Below are positions 1 through 12,184 of a stretch of 64,000 nucleotides of DNA, piece by piece. Position numbers and translations under genes: made by a program. Position 1 is the stretch's first letter, and the number at the start of each line of letters is the position of its first letter. The notes below the pieces were generated by a model, which saw nothing but the letters and a program-made list of their open reading frames with translations, did no database searches and was not told where the DNA came from. The DNA comes from Cenococcum geophilum (Eukaryota): the NCBI GenBank assembly GCA_050273025.1, contig CP158636.1, positions 12,400,001-12,464,000 on the forward strand, in the 5' to 3' direction.

Positions 1-19
1 AGTTTAACTCCTAAGCGTA

Positions 20-36
20 GTAGGTTCGATTCCCAC
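20..36 (+). other. tRNA T-arm / Pol III box-B-like stem-loop (possible 3' part of a tRNA or tRNA-derived SINE head cut by the window edge)
   Basis: GTAGG-TTCGATT-CCCAC is a 5-bp stem (GTGGG/CCCAC after reversing one G>A) with a TTCGA loop. The rest of a cloverleaf is not visible. Confidence 0.3.
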
Positions 37-1169
37 TTTATATATATTAAAAATATTAAAAAAGAAGGTCATTTTCTATTAAATTAAGCGTTAGTAAAGC
101 TCTAAATTAAGCTTATATTTTTATATGTGTCTTACAACGCCTAAAGTTATATATTTAACAAAATCTCAGCACTATATACTAAGTATATTAGCTCTTCCAC
201 GCCGAGTTTTAATTACATTGGGCTAGCTCTAAATTAAAGTAAGAGGTAGAACGTACTATACTACTACACTATAAAGACTTTAGAATGTAATCTTATAAAT
301 TTAACTAAATTATAACCCCTTTTTAAACCTTATAATCAAACCAGATCCTTAGAGAGAGATCCCTACATTAAATTTTAGGGAATATTTAGTGGCGACTTTA
401 GATTAAATCTAAAGGCCTTAGAATATATCCGATCTAAAGCTTAAATCTAATTCTAATGTAATTATTTAGTTAATCTGGCGACTTTCTAATCTAAAAGCTC
501 CTCTAGATTAGCAAGCGCGTTAAATTTATAAGCTATACCGTATATAGAATCTAAACTAAAGTCTTAGTATTAGTTTAAATTAGGAGCTTAAAGCTTATTT
601 AGAGCCTTATAAAAGGATCGACTTAATTTTAGATTTTATATTTTAGTAAGTAGTTAATCTGCTATAGTCCAAAATCTTAATTGTTAGAAATTTGGGGTGT
701 CTCTACCACTACGGTGGCAGAGGCACCTTAAGTTTAACACTACGCTAAGTATTATAACTTTCTTACAGTGACCGAGCAATCCTAAATTAAAGTAATTATA
801 GAACTTACCATACTACTACCCGTAAAGGCCCTTAGTTATAGTCTTATAAATTTAATTAAAATATAAACACCTTCCTAAATCTTACGATTGAATATTTTTA
901 TATATAGTATTATATCAAGGATTACGATACAGATTGCTTAGATATAGCTTTACTATAATATAACGGCTCTACGCCAATTAATTAATTTACGGCTCTGAAA
1001 TCTAGATCTATAATACTAAAAATAAGCTCCAAGCTACTAATTTTACACTAGTAGAATAAAACTTGGTAAGAGATTTGGGTAGTAAAATTACTACTAAGAG
1101 TTACTGCCTAGATTCTGGCCGATAAATACCTATAACTATAATCTTAGTAAATGGTAAAAAGTATATAGC

Positions 1170-1385
1170 AGTACTAAGACAATAGTAGAACAATATAAAA
1201 TAATAATAGGACAATATAATATAATGGTAGGACAATAGTAGGACAATATAATATAATAACAGGATAATGGCAAGATAATGATAGAATAATATAATATAAT
1301 AGCAGAACAATGGTAGGATAATATAATATAATGGTAGGATAATAATAGGACAATATAAGATAATATAAAAAAAATTATAAGATAT
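1170..1385. repeat. Degenerate tandem repeat (AGGACAATATAATATAATGGT-like units)
   Basis: Repeated aggacaat/aggataat + ataatataat units. Explains the spurious Y/I/L-rich ORF 1101..1310. Confidence 0.7.
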
Positions 1386-1652
1386 AAAAAGAGGGAGCCC
1401 TAACGCTTTCTCTTCTTTTTACCCCTACGGCCTTAGCGCCTAATATAGTGTAATATCGTTTATCTATATAAGCGATAGTATTAAGGCGGTTACTTTAAGT
1501 AATATACCTAGATAACTAGTTTAGCGCATAGTTTGTATAATATATAATAATAATAGGGGGATCTCCTATTATTATATTGCTAAGTAATATCTTTAAAGCT
1601 ATGTTTTTCTAGTACCTAGAGGTCCTTAGATTATTATAAGACGCTTTATAAG

Positions 1653-3832
1653 TGTTGGAATGTATATTACGTAGTCGTATGTCCCTAATTAATCATCCTT
1701 ATAATAACTTATCAGCCCCCTACTTAGGCACTACAATCCTTACAATCCTCTGCTTTTAATACCTATTTATAACACCATTAAAATAAAAGTATACTCTTAA
1801 TAGGCCACCCCCCTGTAAAACCGATATTAATTAATAGTTAACCTTATAGGTTATACTATAGATTAATAAGGTCTTTTTAGAAGAGATAAGGCCTCTGCAA
1901 CTTCCTTATATAAACTTATAGAACTACCTTATGCTAAGGAATATTAGATATTTTCTTTTCTCCTTATATGAGTAAAGAATCTAAAAGATATTTAAGGAAT
2001 TAACGGCCTCACCCGCCCTTAATTCTACGTCTATTACGCTTACCGCAAGCTTACTACCTTTGCTTTCTTATACAAACATAAAAAAGACTACGCGTCCTTA
2101 ATTTCCCCTTAGCTTTCTTATATAAAGCCGTCCTCCCTTTATCTAAAACCTATATAACTTGGTAGATATAATATAAAGCCTACCTCCTATACCTCGCCCT
2201 CCCTTCTTTAATAGCGCTTACCTTTAATAGCGCTTACCCTTGCCTTCTTCCTTATATAAAATATAAGCCTCTAAAGTTAACAACTATATTAAGCGGCAGA
2301 TATAAGTGCTTAAGGGTACTTTATAAGATAATATTTGGAAGAGATTTTAAAAAGGATTTAAGGGATATACTATTAATACGTTTAAGTTAGCTTACTAAGT
2401 TACTCTATAAGATCTTTATAACCTTTTAGTTAGCTATAAAGTACCTATTAATATACTAAGGAGAGGTCTCTCTTATATAGACGCTTTATAAGCTTGCCTA
2501 GAAAAGAAACTACTAGAGAAACCTACCTTATATCTAGAGCCTTAGCCTATAAATTAAGCACCTCTAAATAAACCTCCTCTAAATTCTATAAATTAAGCTT
2601 TCCTGTATCTTTAATAATATTTATAACTTTAATCGCAGTATTAAGCTTCCCTATAATCTTAATATATTTAGCTATAGCCTTAACCTCTAAATTCTCTAAG
2701 AACGCTAGAAGATTAAATACGTATAGGTCTACCTATTTTACCTTTTCTGCAACCTCTAAATATAGACGTATACGGCTAACCTTTGTAACAATCTTAATAC
2801 TTAATTTAACCTCCCTTTGTTTAGCCTTAAGTTTAGCCTTAAGCCTCTTAATAATTAGTTTAATATAACGACAATAATAACTAGTCTTAGCCTTTAAATA
2901 AATAAGAATAATAAGAGACCTTTAAGAGCTATAAATAACCTAATTTTAGCTATAAAGTTAATAACGATAATAAAGACAATGGCCAATTAAAAGGCAAGGA
3001 TTAGGATGACGATAGCTATAGCAATAATTATAGTAATAACGGCTATAAATAAGTTAAAGACTCTTAAGGTTCTGCTAGCACGCTATTTCTATATTCTTAA
3101 CACTCTACTATAACCCTAGCGGCTCTGCCACGTTAAAAATCACGTTAATAGCGCGCCTATAACGCTAGCGCGCTTCCTATCCTCTACCCTCTTAAATCTG
3201 CTAGCGCCGCTATGCCTGCTATTACGATACCGATTGCGCTAATACGCCTATAATCCATTAACCTATAATAGCGCTAATATGCCTACTATTTATTGACTAG
3301 CTAATAGACCAAGCTCTAAACGCTTAACCTGCTATTACTACTTAACGCTAGCACTATACTACTACCCGAACGAATAGACCTTTTACTACTTCTGCCTATA
3401 GTAACCTAATTAACCTCTAGCTGCTCTGCCTATAGCTAACTAATATCTTACTACTCTACCCGCAGTAAATAAACCTACCTTTACGGCCCTACCTATAGCT
3501 AATTAACTTCTACTACCTTCCTATAGCGCTATAAGCATAAAGAAAGAACTGCTAGTGTCGGAATATATAGACAGAGGTTGTGTTGGAGTGTATATACAGA
3601 GGTTACGTGGTTGTGTATCTTAGGATGGCTGTTCTACGCATAAAGAAAGAACTGCCAGTATTAGAATGTATATTGCGTAGTCGCATATCCCTAATTAGTC
3701 ATCCTTATAATAACTTATTAGCCCCCTACTTAGGCACTACGATCCTTACAATCCTCTGCTTTTAATACCTATTTATAACACCATTAGAACAAGAGTATAC
3801 TCTTAATAGGCCACCCCCCTGTGAAACCAACA
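1653..3832 (+). mobile_element. Short non-autonomous LTR retroelement (TRIM-like, Copia-type termini), 2.18 kb
   Basis: 174-bp direct repeats 1653-1826 and 3659-3832 with TGTTGG...CCAACA termini (RIP variants). 5-bp TSD ATAAG at 1648-1652 and 3833-3837. Purine tract AAAGAAAGAACTGCCAG before the 3' LTR. No RT/IN motif recognised inside. Confidence 0.85.
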
Positions 3833-4805
3833 ATAAGAACTTATTTTAGCGCAGTGGCTTTAAGCCCTATAGTAGTTATATCTGCCCAGTCTTTAAGAAT
3901 ATAAATATTTTTAAATAAGGAAGCATCCTTAATAGCTATAATTAAGCTAAGATCCGTATAAGGCTTATTTATAACGTATTATAGTATTTTAATATTTTAT
4001 TAAACTTAAATAAGGTGTTCTAATAACGGGAATATATTAATAGTTAAATATCTTCTTATTTAGAAAATATCGCATACTTACGGCTCTCTTATTAGCTTTT
4101 ATAATACTAATATAGTATAGTAACTAACTTTGTAAAATCTAGTTTGTTCCTTAACTATCGTTTATAATATAGATAAGTTAATCTTAATCTCTTTAGGTTT
4201 AAAAGAATAAGTTAATCTCTAGAGGATTCTATTTTAATATAGCTAATAGTTTTGCCACCGCTATTATGAGTATATATTTTATTTTAAAAAAATGTTAGTT
4301 TTAGGAGTTAAAGCAACTAGAAACTTAGTAACTAGTCTTTTTAACTAATCCTAACAGATTATCTTTCCTACTCTCTTAAGTAAAAACGCCACGCGGATTA
4401 CTAGCCCTTAAGGTAAAAATATTACTAAGCTAATATAGGCCTTATAGATATTAGGGGATAACTACTTTAGAATCGTAGTATACCTACCTATTTATATATA
4501 CTAATTCTATTACTATATCTAGATTCCGGCAAACTAAAAGGGTTTGCTCTGATTTAACCTACTACCTCTTTTAACGGTTTAATTATGTCTTCTCTTAAAA
4601 GATTATATTAAGAGCTTGGATATTTTTCTATTAAGCTAGATAGACCTAAGATCTTATTAACTTATAATGGAATATCTTCGTTTTCGCTAATAATATTCTG
4701 ACCCTTATTAGGGATATTAAGTATTTTAGTGGAGGTTAGGACCTCTAATTATACTAACTAGGCTCTACTAGTTAAGGGCTAACTAGGCGTCTTAAAGTAT
4801 TAATA

Positions 4806-4925
4806 AATATAGTTACTAGTATATATTAAGCTGCCTAGAAGGGATTTATATATATAGAACTATAGCGCTATAGCCTAGAGGCTGCATACGTAGTATTGTA
4901 TATAGTATAATATAATAGAGATAAA
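4806..4925 (+). mobile_element. Isolated ~120-bp LINE 3'-end fragment
   Basis: Reverse complement of 27805-27920, the 3' UTR next to the poly(A) tail of the ORF1-only LINE derivative (shared ...AAGCTGCCTAGAA.GGATTT...GCCTAGAGGCTGCAT...). Confidence 0.75.
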
Positions 4926-5149
4926 ATATATATATATATACTATAAAAAGTATTAACGAATCTGGGTGCTAAATTAAGCTTATTAAGACGGAGGAGACGT
5001 AAAATGGATAGGAGGAGGCTTATAAGTCTAGGTAGTATAGCGGGTAGAGAAGTATTTACTAATATGCTTATTTACTTCTTATAAAACATTTAACCAATTG
5101 TTTTATATATAACTAAATAATATAGTTACCTGTCTACACAATTCTGTGT

Positions 5150-7100
5150 ATTAGTCTTAGCGCGTAATTAAAATGTCTTTCCTGCCATACCTCCCCTAAC
5201 GCTTTTAGAATTATAGCACTAATAATAGACCTAAGCCATAATACTAAAGACACTCTTAAGTAAGATCTTAGGGTTATAAATAAACAATATACTATAATCT
5301 ACTATAATGTTAAAATTAAAATGTTAATGCGCGGGCTCCTTAGATAGCTACTACGCTTCCTTATAAGTGAGGTATAAATATAGTAAATATTAAATAAATT
5401 CTCTAATAAATTCTTATTTATGTTTTTAGGTTTACCTAAGAACCTATATACTAAATATATTAAATAACTTGCCTAGCATTGTAGCTATAACGCGACGCGT
5501 TAAATAAATAAAACGGCTCCTATTAGGTAAATTATAATAGGCAACCTAGTACTCCTATACTCCGCTATCGCGTATTATTTACTGGCCGGCATACTAAAGG
5601 TAATAAGGTAGGAGGGAATACTAAGGTTATATAGAACAATAATAATACTAATTTAGTAGGCAGCCAATAAAGAGCTGATAATTATCCTAACCTAAAAGCT
5701 AGCGACCGGTAAGAATAACGCCCTAGATATATACGTTAATAATTTAAGCTTTAATATATTTATAGACATACTAGGCTAAGATATTAACTTTAATCCTAAG
5801 AGTAAAACGCTTTACTATTATGTTGGTAATAAGATAGCTAGAGGACGAATTTAGCTTATAAATAAAGAGAAATGGCGTAGTGTGGTTGGGGATATATTTT
5901 TATAAAAAATGGATAGGTTTTTATTTATAATAGAATAAAGAAAAATAAGTAGGTTACTGCTTAAAGTTAATTTAGCGTTACTAACTTGTATTTATAGTCT
6001 ATGCTACTAGCTAAGAACGATGCAATTACTTACCCTCTATTTCCGTACCCTTGCCTTTACTAAATAACTTATACTCTATATGTATAAAAATAGGTAGAAT
6101 AGGTAAATGGGTTAATACTAAGGCAATACTTAACCTATAGCTATCCTAAAAAACCTCTCCTAGTTAAAAAAGAGCCCTTACTTTACGCCTTAACCCATAA
6201 TAGAAAAGGCGAAGGTAATTATAACTGCAGTATAGATTATGCGCCTTAAATCTACTACTTTATTTAAAATACTTGCTAGTTTAATAGATTACTATATATA
6301 AAGGTAGACGGCTTAATATTAGAGCCCTTTGGCGTGCTATTAGGTAAGGGAGTCTTAGAATAATATATCCTAGGATATTCTTATAACTTATCCAGCATTC
6401 TTAAAACGCCTAAGGGGATTAGATAATAAAGCCTAAGGTTTATACCCATTCTTTCTAGTAAACTTGTTAAAGTAATATATATTAATACTGTCCCTAGCTT
6501 GCTTTTAGTATCTAATACCTAATCCTTATATCTATACTTACGCTTTCCTTACTATTCTGCTAAATTTAATTTCTATTACGATATATATATAGGGGATAAG
6601 TTGGGCTTACTATAGGTTAGCGGGGTTAATAATACGGAAGAATAACGTTAAATATTTACGGTAGAAATACTAGGTATTGTATAAGGGTGTGGAATATAGC
6701 GATATAACTATATAGAAGTATTATTACTGTCCTATATACTGCCTATGCCTACCCTAGTATTATCTATACTGGCGAGCTGTACGGATAAGGTGGATAAGCT
6801 TTGCTTTAAGTATAAGACGGGTGTTAAACCTAGTATAGGTAGACTGGAATAAGGTATAAGATCTAAAAGCTAGCGCCCTAAGTAGGTAAAGTGGTTTAAT
6901 AAGGTACCTCCTTATTAAATTTAGATATAAGCCTTACTAGCCTACTACTTTTATTGCTAGGATTAACGTTTAACCTTTTATATACCTATACCGTATCTAC
7001 TAAGGAATATGCTAATGAAATAAAATAGTTTCGCGTATAATAGCAAATAGTATTAGATAATCTTTAACTATATAATAATGTTTTCTTAACTACTAACTTA
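5150..7100. pseudogene. Unidentified RIP-degraded gene relics
   Basis: Intron-like segment near 5945-5997 on + (ATAAGT [GTAAGT-like]...TACTAAC...TAG) and a long stop-riddled Ser/Pro-rich minus frame at ~6350-7000. No family assignable. Confidence 0.2.
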
Positions 7101-7575
7101 ATGCGAGTTAATAGGTCGCGGTTGCGGCTTAACTGTAATTAATTAAAACTAGCAGCTAATTACAATAAATACACCCCTATTTAAGTTATTTATAAGCACT
7201 ATAGTAATAATACTCCTACTAATACTGTTATTAGTCTAATATATACTATACTAGTATATATTCTTTTAAGTTATTAATCTATATACGCCCTAAATATTAT
7301 AGAAACAGCTATAAGGTAACCTATTTTAGCTATAAGCTATACCTATCACATATCGGGGGGGGTCATTTGGCTCGGTTACGGCCCAGGTTAATACGAGGTT
7401 AGGGCCACCCCTGCTGATAATTGGCGCGAACCCCGCACGAGGTCGCGCAGCGACCGCCCCCGAGTACCTTTGCACGCGATTTTGGGCGAAAAGGTACATA
7501 ATTTAAGTTAGATCGGTACTTCTGGACGGTCGCGTAATGTTGCTCTAAATTTTAAACACCCAAACGCGTGCCATT

Positions 7576-7830
7576 CCTATATTAAGGCGTCTCAGTTACT
7601 GTAATGTAGTCCTATATTGAGACGTCTCGGTCGCTAGAGTATAGTCCTGCATCAAGGCGTCTTAGTCACTATAGTATAGTCTTATATTAAGGCGTCTCGG
7701 TTACTGCAGTGTAGTCTTATATTGAGGCGTCTCGGTCACTGCAGTAGTCCTATATTAAGACGTCTCGGTTGCTGCAGTGCAGTCCTACATCGAGGCGTCT
7801 CGGTCACTGTAGTAGTCCTATAATGAGATA
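7576..7830. repeat. Subterminal minisatellite of the Crypton, ~7 x 33-35 bp
   Basis: Unit CCTATATTGAGGCGTCTCGGTCACTGCAGTGTAGT repeated head-to-tail without spacers. Confidence 0.9.
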
Positions 7831-7900
7831 GTATTACATATATATATATACTGTTTAATACAGAGCCTTTCCCTCCCTCCCCCGCCCCAAGAGCTAGCAG

Positions 7901-10440
7901 TTAGATATTCTTACAAAGCCAATCTAAAGAACGCCGGCCCCGTAGCTGCTCCAGCTGGTTAATAGCCTGTCTCTTATCTCTTGCTGTACCGTCTTCTACG
8001 CGCCGTCTTATATCCTTAATTATCCTACGGCGACGGCTATAGAACATAGCCTCGCCGTTGACCCGCCAGCGCGCCCCCTAGCAGCGATTAAGAGCTTCGA
8101 TTGACGGCCCACCCGCTAGCCCTAAAGTCCACTTAGCCCAGAGCTGGAATACCGAATTGCCGCCCTGAAGCATCTTATATTTTCTTGGCGGCGCCTGTGG
8201 GTTAAGGATAAATAGGAGAGGTGGTTGAGTATCTGCTTGCGCCTGCGCTAGCGGGGGCGGCGCGGATATAGTAGACAGCTGAGCGGGGGGTGCGGATATA
8301 GCAGACAGCTGAGCGGGGGGTGCGGATATAGCAGATAGCGGAGCGGGGGGTGCGGATATAGTAGACAGCTGAGCGGGCGGTGCGGATATGGTAGATAGCT
8401 GAGCAGGTGGCGCGGATATGGTAGACGTTATGGTAGACGTTATGGTAGACGGTGGATGTACGGACTCCGTAGGCCCTATCCAGATGCCCGTCTTTCCTTG
8501 CTGGATCTATATAGGTGCAGGTGCGAATGATGCTGATGACCTTTCCATCTCGCTAAGGCGTTCTAAGATCGTATGTACGTGTAACTGAACCCCCTTAATC
8601 TCTGAGATTGCGGCCTCGTGTCTTAGCTTAGCTACGGCCTCATAGGCGGGCCAGTATTTCCGTATTATTAGTTCATTCGGCGTAACTACGTTAGCTAGCG
8701 AGCTTTCTACCCGCGCGGCGAACCTCTGGTACTCCTCGCAGCTAAAGAGGGAGTCCTTCCATAGGGGGTGGAGCGGGAACTGCTTACGTAGGATTACTAA
8801 GTCCTGTAATAGGATTACCCTAAGCGCACGGAGGAGGCGTAGAAATCCTAAGCCCGCAAGGTCAAGCCGTACAACCTCATTATCGGCCCTGTCTGGGTGG
8901 TAGGTCTCCATGCGTTTTAGCCAGACGTCAGTCTCGGGCCATATCTTTGAGCAGAGGGCCTCCTCTGGCACCTCCCGCGCGCGGGGAAGAAAGTAGCCCT
9001 TTCCCTCCTTTGGGAAGCCGGCGATCGACCGCATAAACGCACGGGGTAGGTAGCTAAGGTAGGCTCCCGTTATCGCGTCCGTATTTTAGCGTCCGGCCCG
9101 TCTAATTTGGGTCTCCTTAACGCCGCTAAGCTCGGTGTGCCGGACGCTCTGCTTACAGGCGCTATGGGTTTTCTCTTTTGAGTAAATCCCTACCCCCTAG
9201 AATATCTTCTTATTCCATTCGAACTGCGTATAATAGCTTAGCGGCCGTTGCGGTACTTTAATGCTGCCAGGGAAGACGTATAGGTTGTAGTAGTCCTCTG
9301 GCTGCCGAAAGGATGGGAAGCTCTTAGCGCCGTCCTTACCCCAGCGGTTAAAGAAGTAGAAGGCTATTGCAGAGAGAGGGCAGAGGATGGGGTTAGTATT
9401 GCGCATACAGCCCATATACTTAACCTTGCCGTGCTGATTCTGCTTCCCCTGTATCATCGACATAATCATACACGGCGCTGGCTCGTCCGGTTTAGGCCCT
9501 TCGTTCTCTAGTTCAATAAGGACAAGGTCAGCAAGCTGAACGTCCCGTCTACTTTTACCCCGGGTAACGGTAGTATGGCCTAAGGAAAGGAACAGGTTAG
9601 AAAACGGTAGCCGTATGGACTAGTAATATACGAACCTAATAAATGCTCGGCCGCAGTTCGAAGGTAAGACTCGACTGAACCCGGCATTTTAGAGCCCGTC
9701 TCCCAGCACTAAGTGATCGCCCTTTTAAGCCCTTTAACGTCGTAGCCGCTAGTAATTGTAAATAGGCCTCGGTTGATAAAGTTAACGCGTCGAATCCGGT
9801 CCTCGTCGCGGCGGACGCTGTCTAGTATCGCCGAGAGCTTCGCCCCCCGCAGCGGCTGCGAGGCCTTGCCTTCCGATTGCCATGTATAGAGCTTAGTAAT
9901 AGCGGAGACGTAGCTATTTATAACTGAGTATTGGACTGTCTCGTTGAAAAGGGCGTCTAGGGCCTCCTCGTCCCATATCTCTCCTTCCTCGTCCTTTATG
10001 GCTTCTTCCCCTACAGCTGCAGCTGCCCCTGCGGCTGCCTTCCCCCCTAGCTGCCCTCCCGCCTTAGCCGTCTTCTGCCTCTTCTTCGCCCGCTTGCCAT
10101 CTTTCCACATCTCTTTCTGTTTTGACTTGCGTTTTTGATAGCCAGCGGCCCGTGATTCTTGGTTGACGACTTGCTGCTCTAGAAATAGGCAAAGCTTATC
10201 TTCCGTTACCCGGGCGCCGTCCGTATTGCCTTCCAGTCTCGCGCACTAGTCTTCCCACTCTTTCTGCTTTGGCTCGTACGCCCTCGTAGTATTCTTCGAG
10301 CGCTGGGCCTTATAAATATCCTGTAGCCGCGCCGTCTGGGCCTTGAATTCGCTCTGGAGGCTATAGGGGGGGGAGGCTGGGGGGGCTTCCTTTGGCCGTA
10401 AAGTGGACCGTAGGGTAAGAAGATTCTTAAAAGACTCCAT
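7901..10440 (-). pseudogene. Crypton tyrosine recombinase (Ndc10/Crypton YR domain + GCR1_C-like domain), 2 exons
   Basis: ORF-track pieces 10246-10440, 9709-10110, 9197-9469 and 8507-9034 join through RIP stops and a 56-nt intron 9635-9580 (GTTCGT...CTAAC...TTAG). Motifs: NTTRAYEPKQKEW, VTRG (catalytic R), QGKQNQHGK (K), KTHSA[C<R]K (HxxR), RRAGR[*<W], GAYL (Y). C-terminus VFQLWAKWTLGLAGGPSIEALNRC*GARWR...FYSRRRRII. Stop at 7901-7903. Confidence 0.9.
8255..8455 (-). repeat. In-frame 30-bp coding minisatellite (ISAPPAQLS[A/T]) in the recombinase linker
   Basis: GCGGATATAGCAGACAGCTGAGCGGGGGGT x ~5-6, plus 12-bp TATGGTAGACGT x3. Confidence 0.85.
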
Positions 10441-10835
10441 ATCCGCAAGAGGTAAGGGGGAGACGCGTGAGCGCGGCGCGGGTAAATAAAGCCACCGAAC
10501 GCGTAAATATCACAGGAGAAGAAGAAGAGAGCTCTATATTATAGAATTAGAATTGCGGTAGGCCTTTCTATATAAAATCAGAAGCCCCGCGCGAGCCATC
10601 GCGGGCACGAGAACAGTAGAGGGTTGGAAAATGGATTGTCGAGGCGACGATGAGGTCGAAGGCGCGCTGAGGCCCTCCATACTAACCCAGTACTAACCTA
10701 GGCCTCAAAAACGCGTCCGAAAAGTAGGGGCCACCACCTAGGGGGGGTGCGATATTTGGACGATATGTCAAGGACCTTGGGGGCTCGTGCGTAACCCGAG
10801 GTTATGCCAAGCCTAACCCGGACCTCCGATACCTA

Positions 10836-11090
10836 GCTCTGGCGATAGTCGTCTGGCGACGGTCGTGTAGTTCTAGTAACGGTCGTCTAGCAACGGCGAC
10901 GGTCGTCTGGTTCTGGTAACGGTCGTCTAGTTCTAGCAATGGTCGTCTGGTTCTGGCGACGGTCGTCTCGTTCTGGCGACGGTCGTCTGGTTCTAGTAAC
11001 GGTGTTCTAGTTCTGGCGACGGCGACGGTCGTCTGGTTCTGGTAACGGTCGTCTAGTTCTAGTAACGGTCGTCTAGTTCTAGCGACGGTC
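10836..11090. repeat. 20-bp minisatellite (GGTCGTCTGGTTCTGGCGAC) x ~12
   Basis: Direct reading; a short remnant recurs at ~16076-16118. Confidence 0.9.
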
Positions 11091-11209
11091 CTCTGCTAGC
11101 TGCCGTTCTAGTGCCTCCCTAGGTAGGGAGGATATAAGGAAGGATAAATAGATAAAAAAAAATAAGGTGGCTACATAGGAGAGGCTATCGGGAATATAGC
11201 GGGGACCCG

Positions 11210-11577
11210 ATGCAGAGCTTCGTGTAGAGCCTCTGTACGCAGAGCTTCGCGCAGAGCCTCGTGCAGAGCTTCGTGCAGAGCCTCGTGCAGAGCCTCCGTA
11301 CGCAGAGCTTCGCGCAGAGCCTCTGTACGTAGAGCTTCGGGCAGAGCCTCTGTACGCAGAGCTTCGTGCAGAGCCTCTGTACGCAGAGCTTCGTGTAGAG
11401 CCTCGTGTAGAGCCTTATGCAAAGCTTCGTGTAGAGCTTCGTGCAGAACTTCGTGCAGAGCTTCGTGCAGAGCTTCGTGCAGAGCTTCGTGCAGAGCTTC
11501 GTGCAGAGCTTCGTGCAGAGCCTCTGTACGCAGAGCTTCGTGTAGAGCTTCGTATAGAGCCTTGTGCAGAGCCTCTA
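11210..11577. repeat. 12/15-bp minisatellite (AGAGCTTCGTGC)n
   Basis: Tandem units; a more heavily RIP-mutated homologous array lies at 16262-16762. Confidence 0.9.
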
Positions 11578-11667
11578 AGTAATAAAACTGTGTAAAAATT
11601 CATTTGCGTAATTAGTATATAACTTTACCTTAATTGTATATTAAGGAATATACAGTTAGCTTTTAAA

Positions 11668-12066
11668 GTTGTTAAGTAGGTTAACTATATGTTATTTAAC
11701 TTTTAAATATATTAAGTAGGTTAACTATATATTAAGTTAGTTAAATTATATGTTAAGTAGGTCAACTACGTGTTAAGTTAGTTAAATTGCATGTTAAGTA
11801 GGTTAACTGCGTATTAAGTTAATTAAATTATATGTTAAGTAGGTTAACTATATATTAAGTTAGTTAAATTATATGTTAAGTAGGTTAACTATATATTAAG
11901 TTAGTTAAATTGTATATTAAGTAGGTTAACTACGTATTAAGTTAATTAAATTGCATATTAAGTAGGTCAACTGCGTGTTAAGTTAGTTAAATTACGTATT
12001 AAGTTGGTTAATTGCGTATTAAGTTAGTTAATTACGTGTTAAGTTAGTTAAATTGCATGTTAATTA
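11668..12066. repeat. 20-bp minisatellite with alternating 40-bp higher-order unit
   Basis: GTTAAGTAGGTCAACTGCGT alternates with GTTAAGTTAGTTAAATTGCAT-like units. Confidence 0.85.
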
Positions 12067-12184
12067 CGCGAAACGCGAACACCAAAGTTAACTTAAATCT
12101 CATCCTGCGAATATTTTCCCGATATAGAACTATAGGTTTAAATTATAGCCTATAGGGTTTCTACCCTACCTTTTTTAGAAAAGG

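Larger units (their letters stand above)
200..4800 (-). pseudogene. Unidentified RIP-destroyed coding relic(s), interrupted by the LTR element at 1653-3832
   Basis: Long minus-strand frames whose stops fall at RIP-type TAA/TAG (e.g. 4330-4680), a CTAAC branch-like motif near 4290, and an internal duplication (230-340 vs 782-892). No family recognised. Confidence 0.25.
7351..10831 (-). mobile_element. Crypton (tyrosine-recombinase DNA transposon), lightly RIP-mutated
   Basis: GC-rich island with sharp edges and short inverted termini TATCGG(G/A)GG...CC(C/T)CCGATA. Encodes a tyrosine recombinase with a C-terminal GCR1_C-like domain. Confidence 0.85.

Noticed and set aside
1101..1310. Hydrophobic 69-aa ORF
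   Set aside because: Artefact of an AT-rich tandem repeat.
2880..3070. Apparent transmembrane protein on the minus strand of the short LTR element
   Set aside because: More simply the antisense of a D/N-rich low-complexity plus-strand tract.
7576..7830. 35-bp repeats resembling a CRISPR array in unit size
   Set aside because: Units are contiguous with no spacers, there are no cas genes, and the context is eukaryotic.
7901..10440. Starship captain (DUF3435) interpretation of the tyrosine recombinase
   Set aside because: The motifs and C-terminal GCR1_C-like domain fit Crypton/Ndc10-type YRs, the element appears to be only ~3.5 kb, and no cargo genes follow.
9944..10448. ORFs 9944-10138 (+) and 10206-10448 (-)
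   Set aside because: Alternative-frame shadows of the Crypton recombinase gene.
11171..11603. ORFs with EALH/EALR and SSAR repeats
   Set aside because: Translations of a 12/15-bp minisatellite, open in several frames; no unique coding context.
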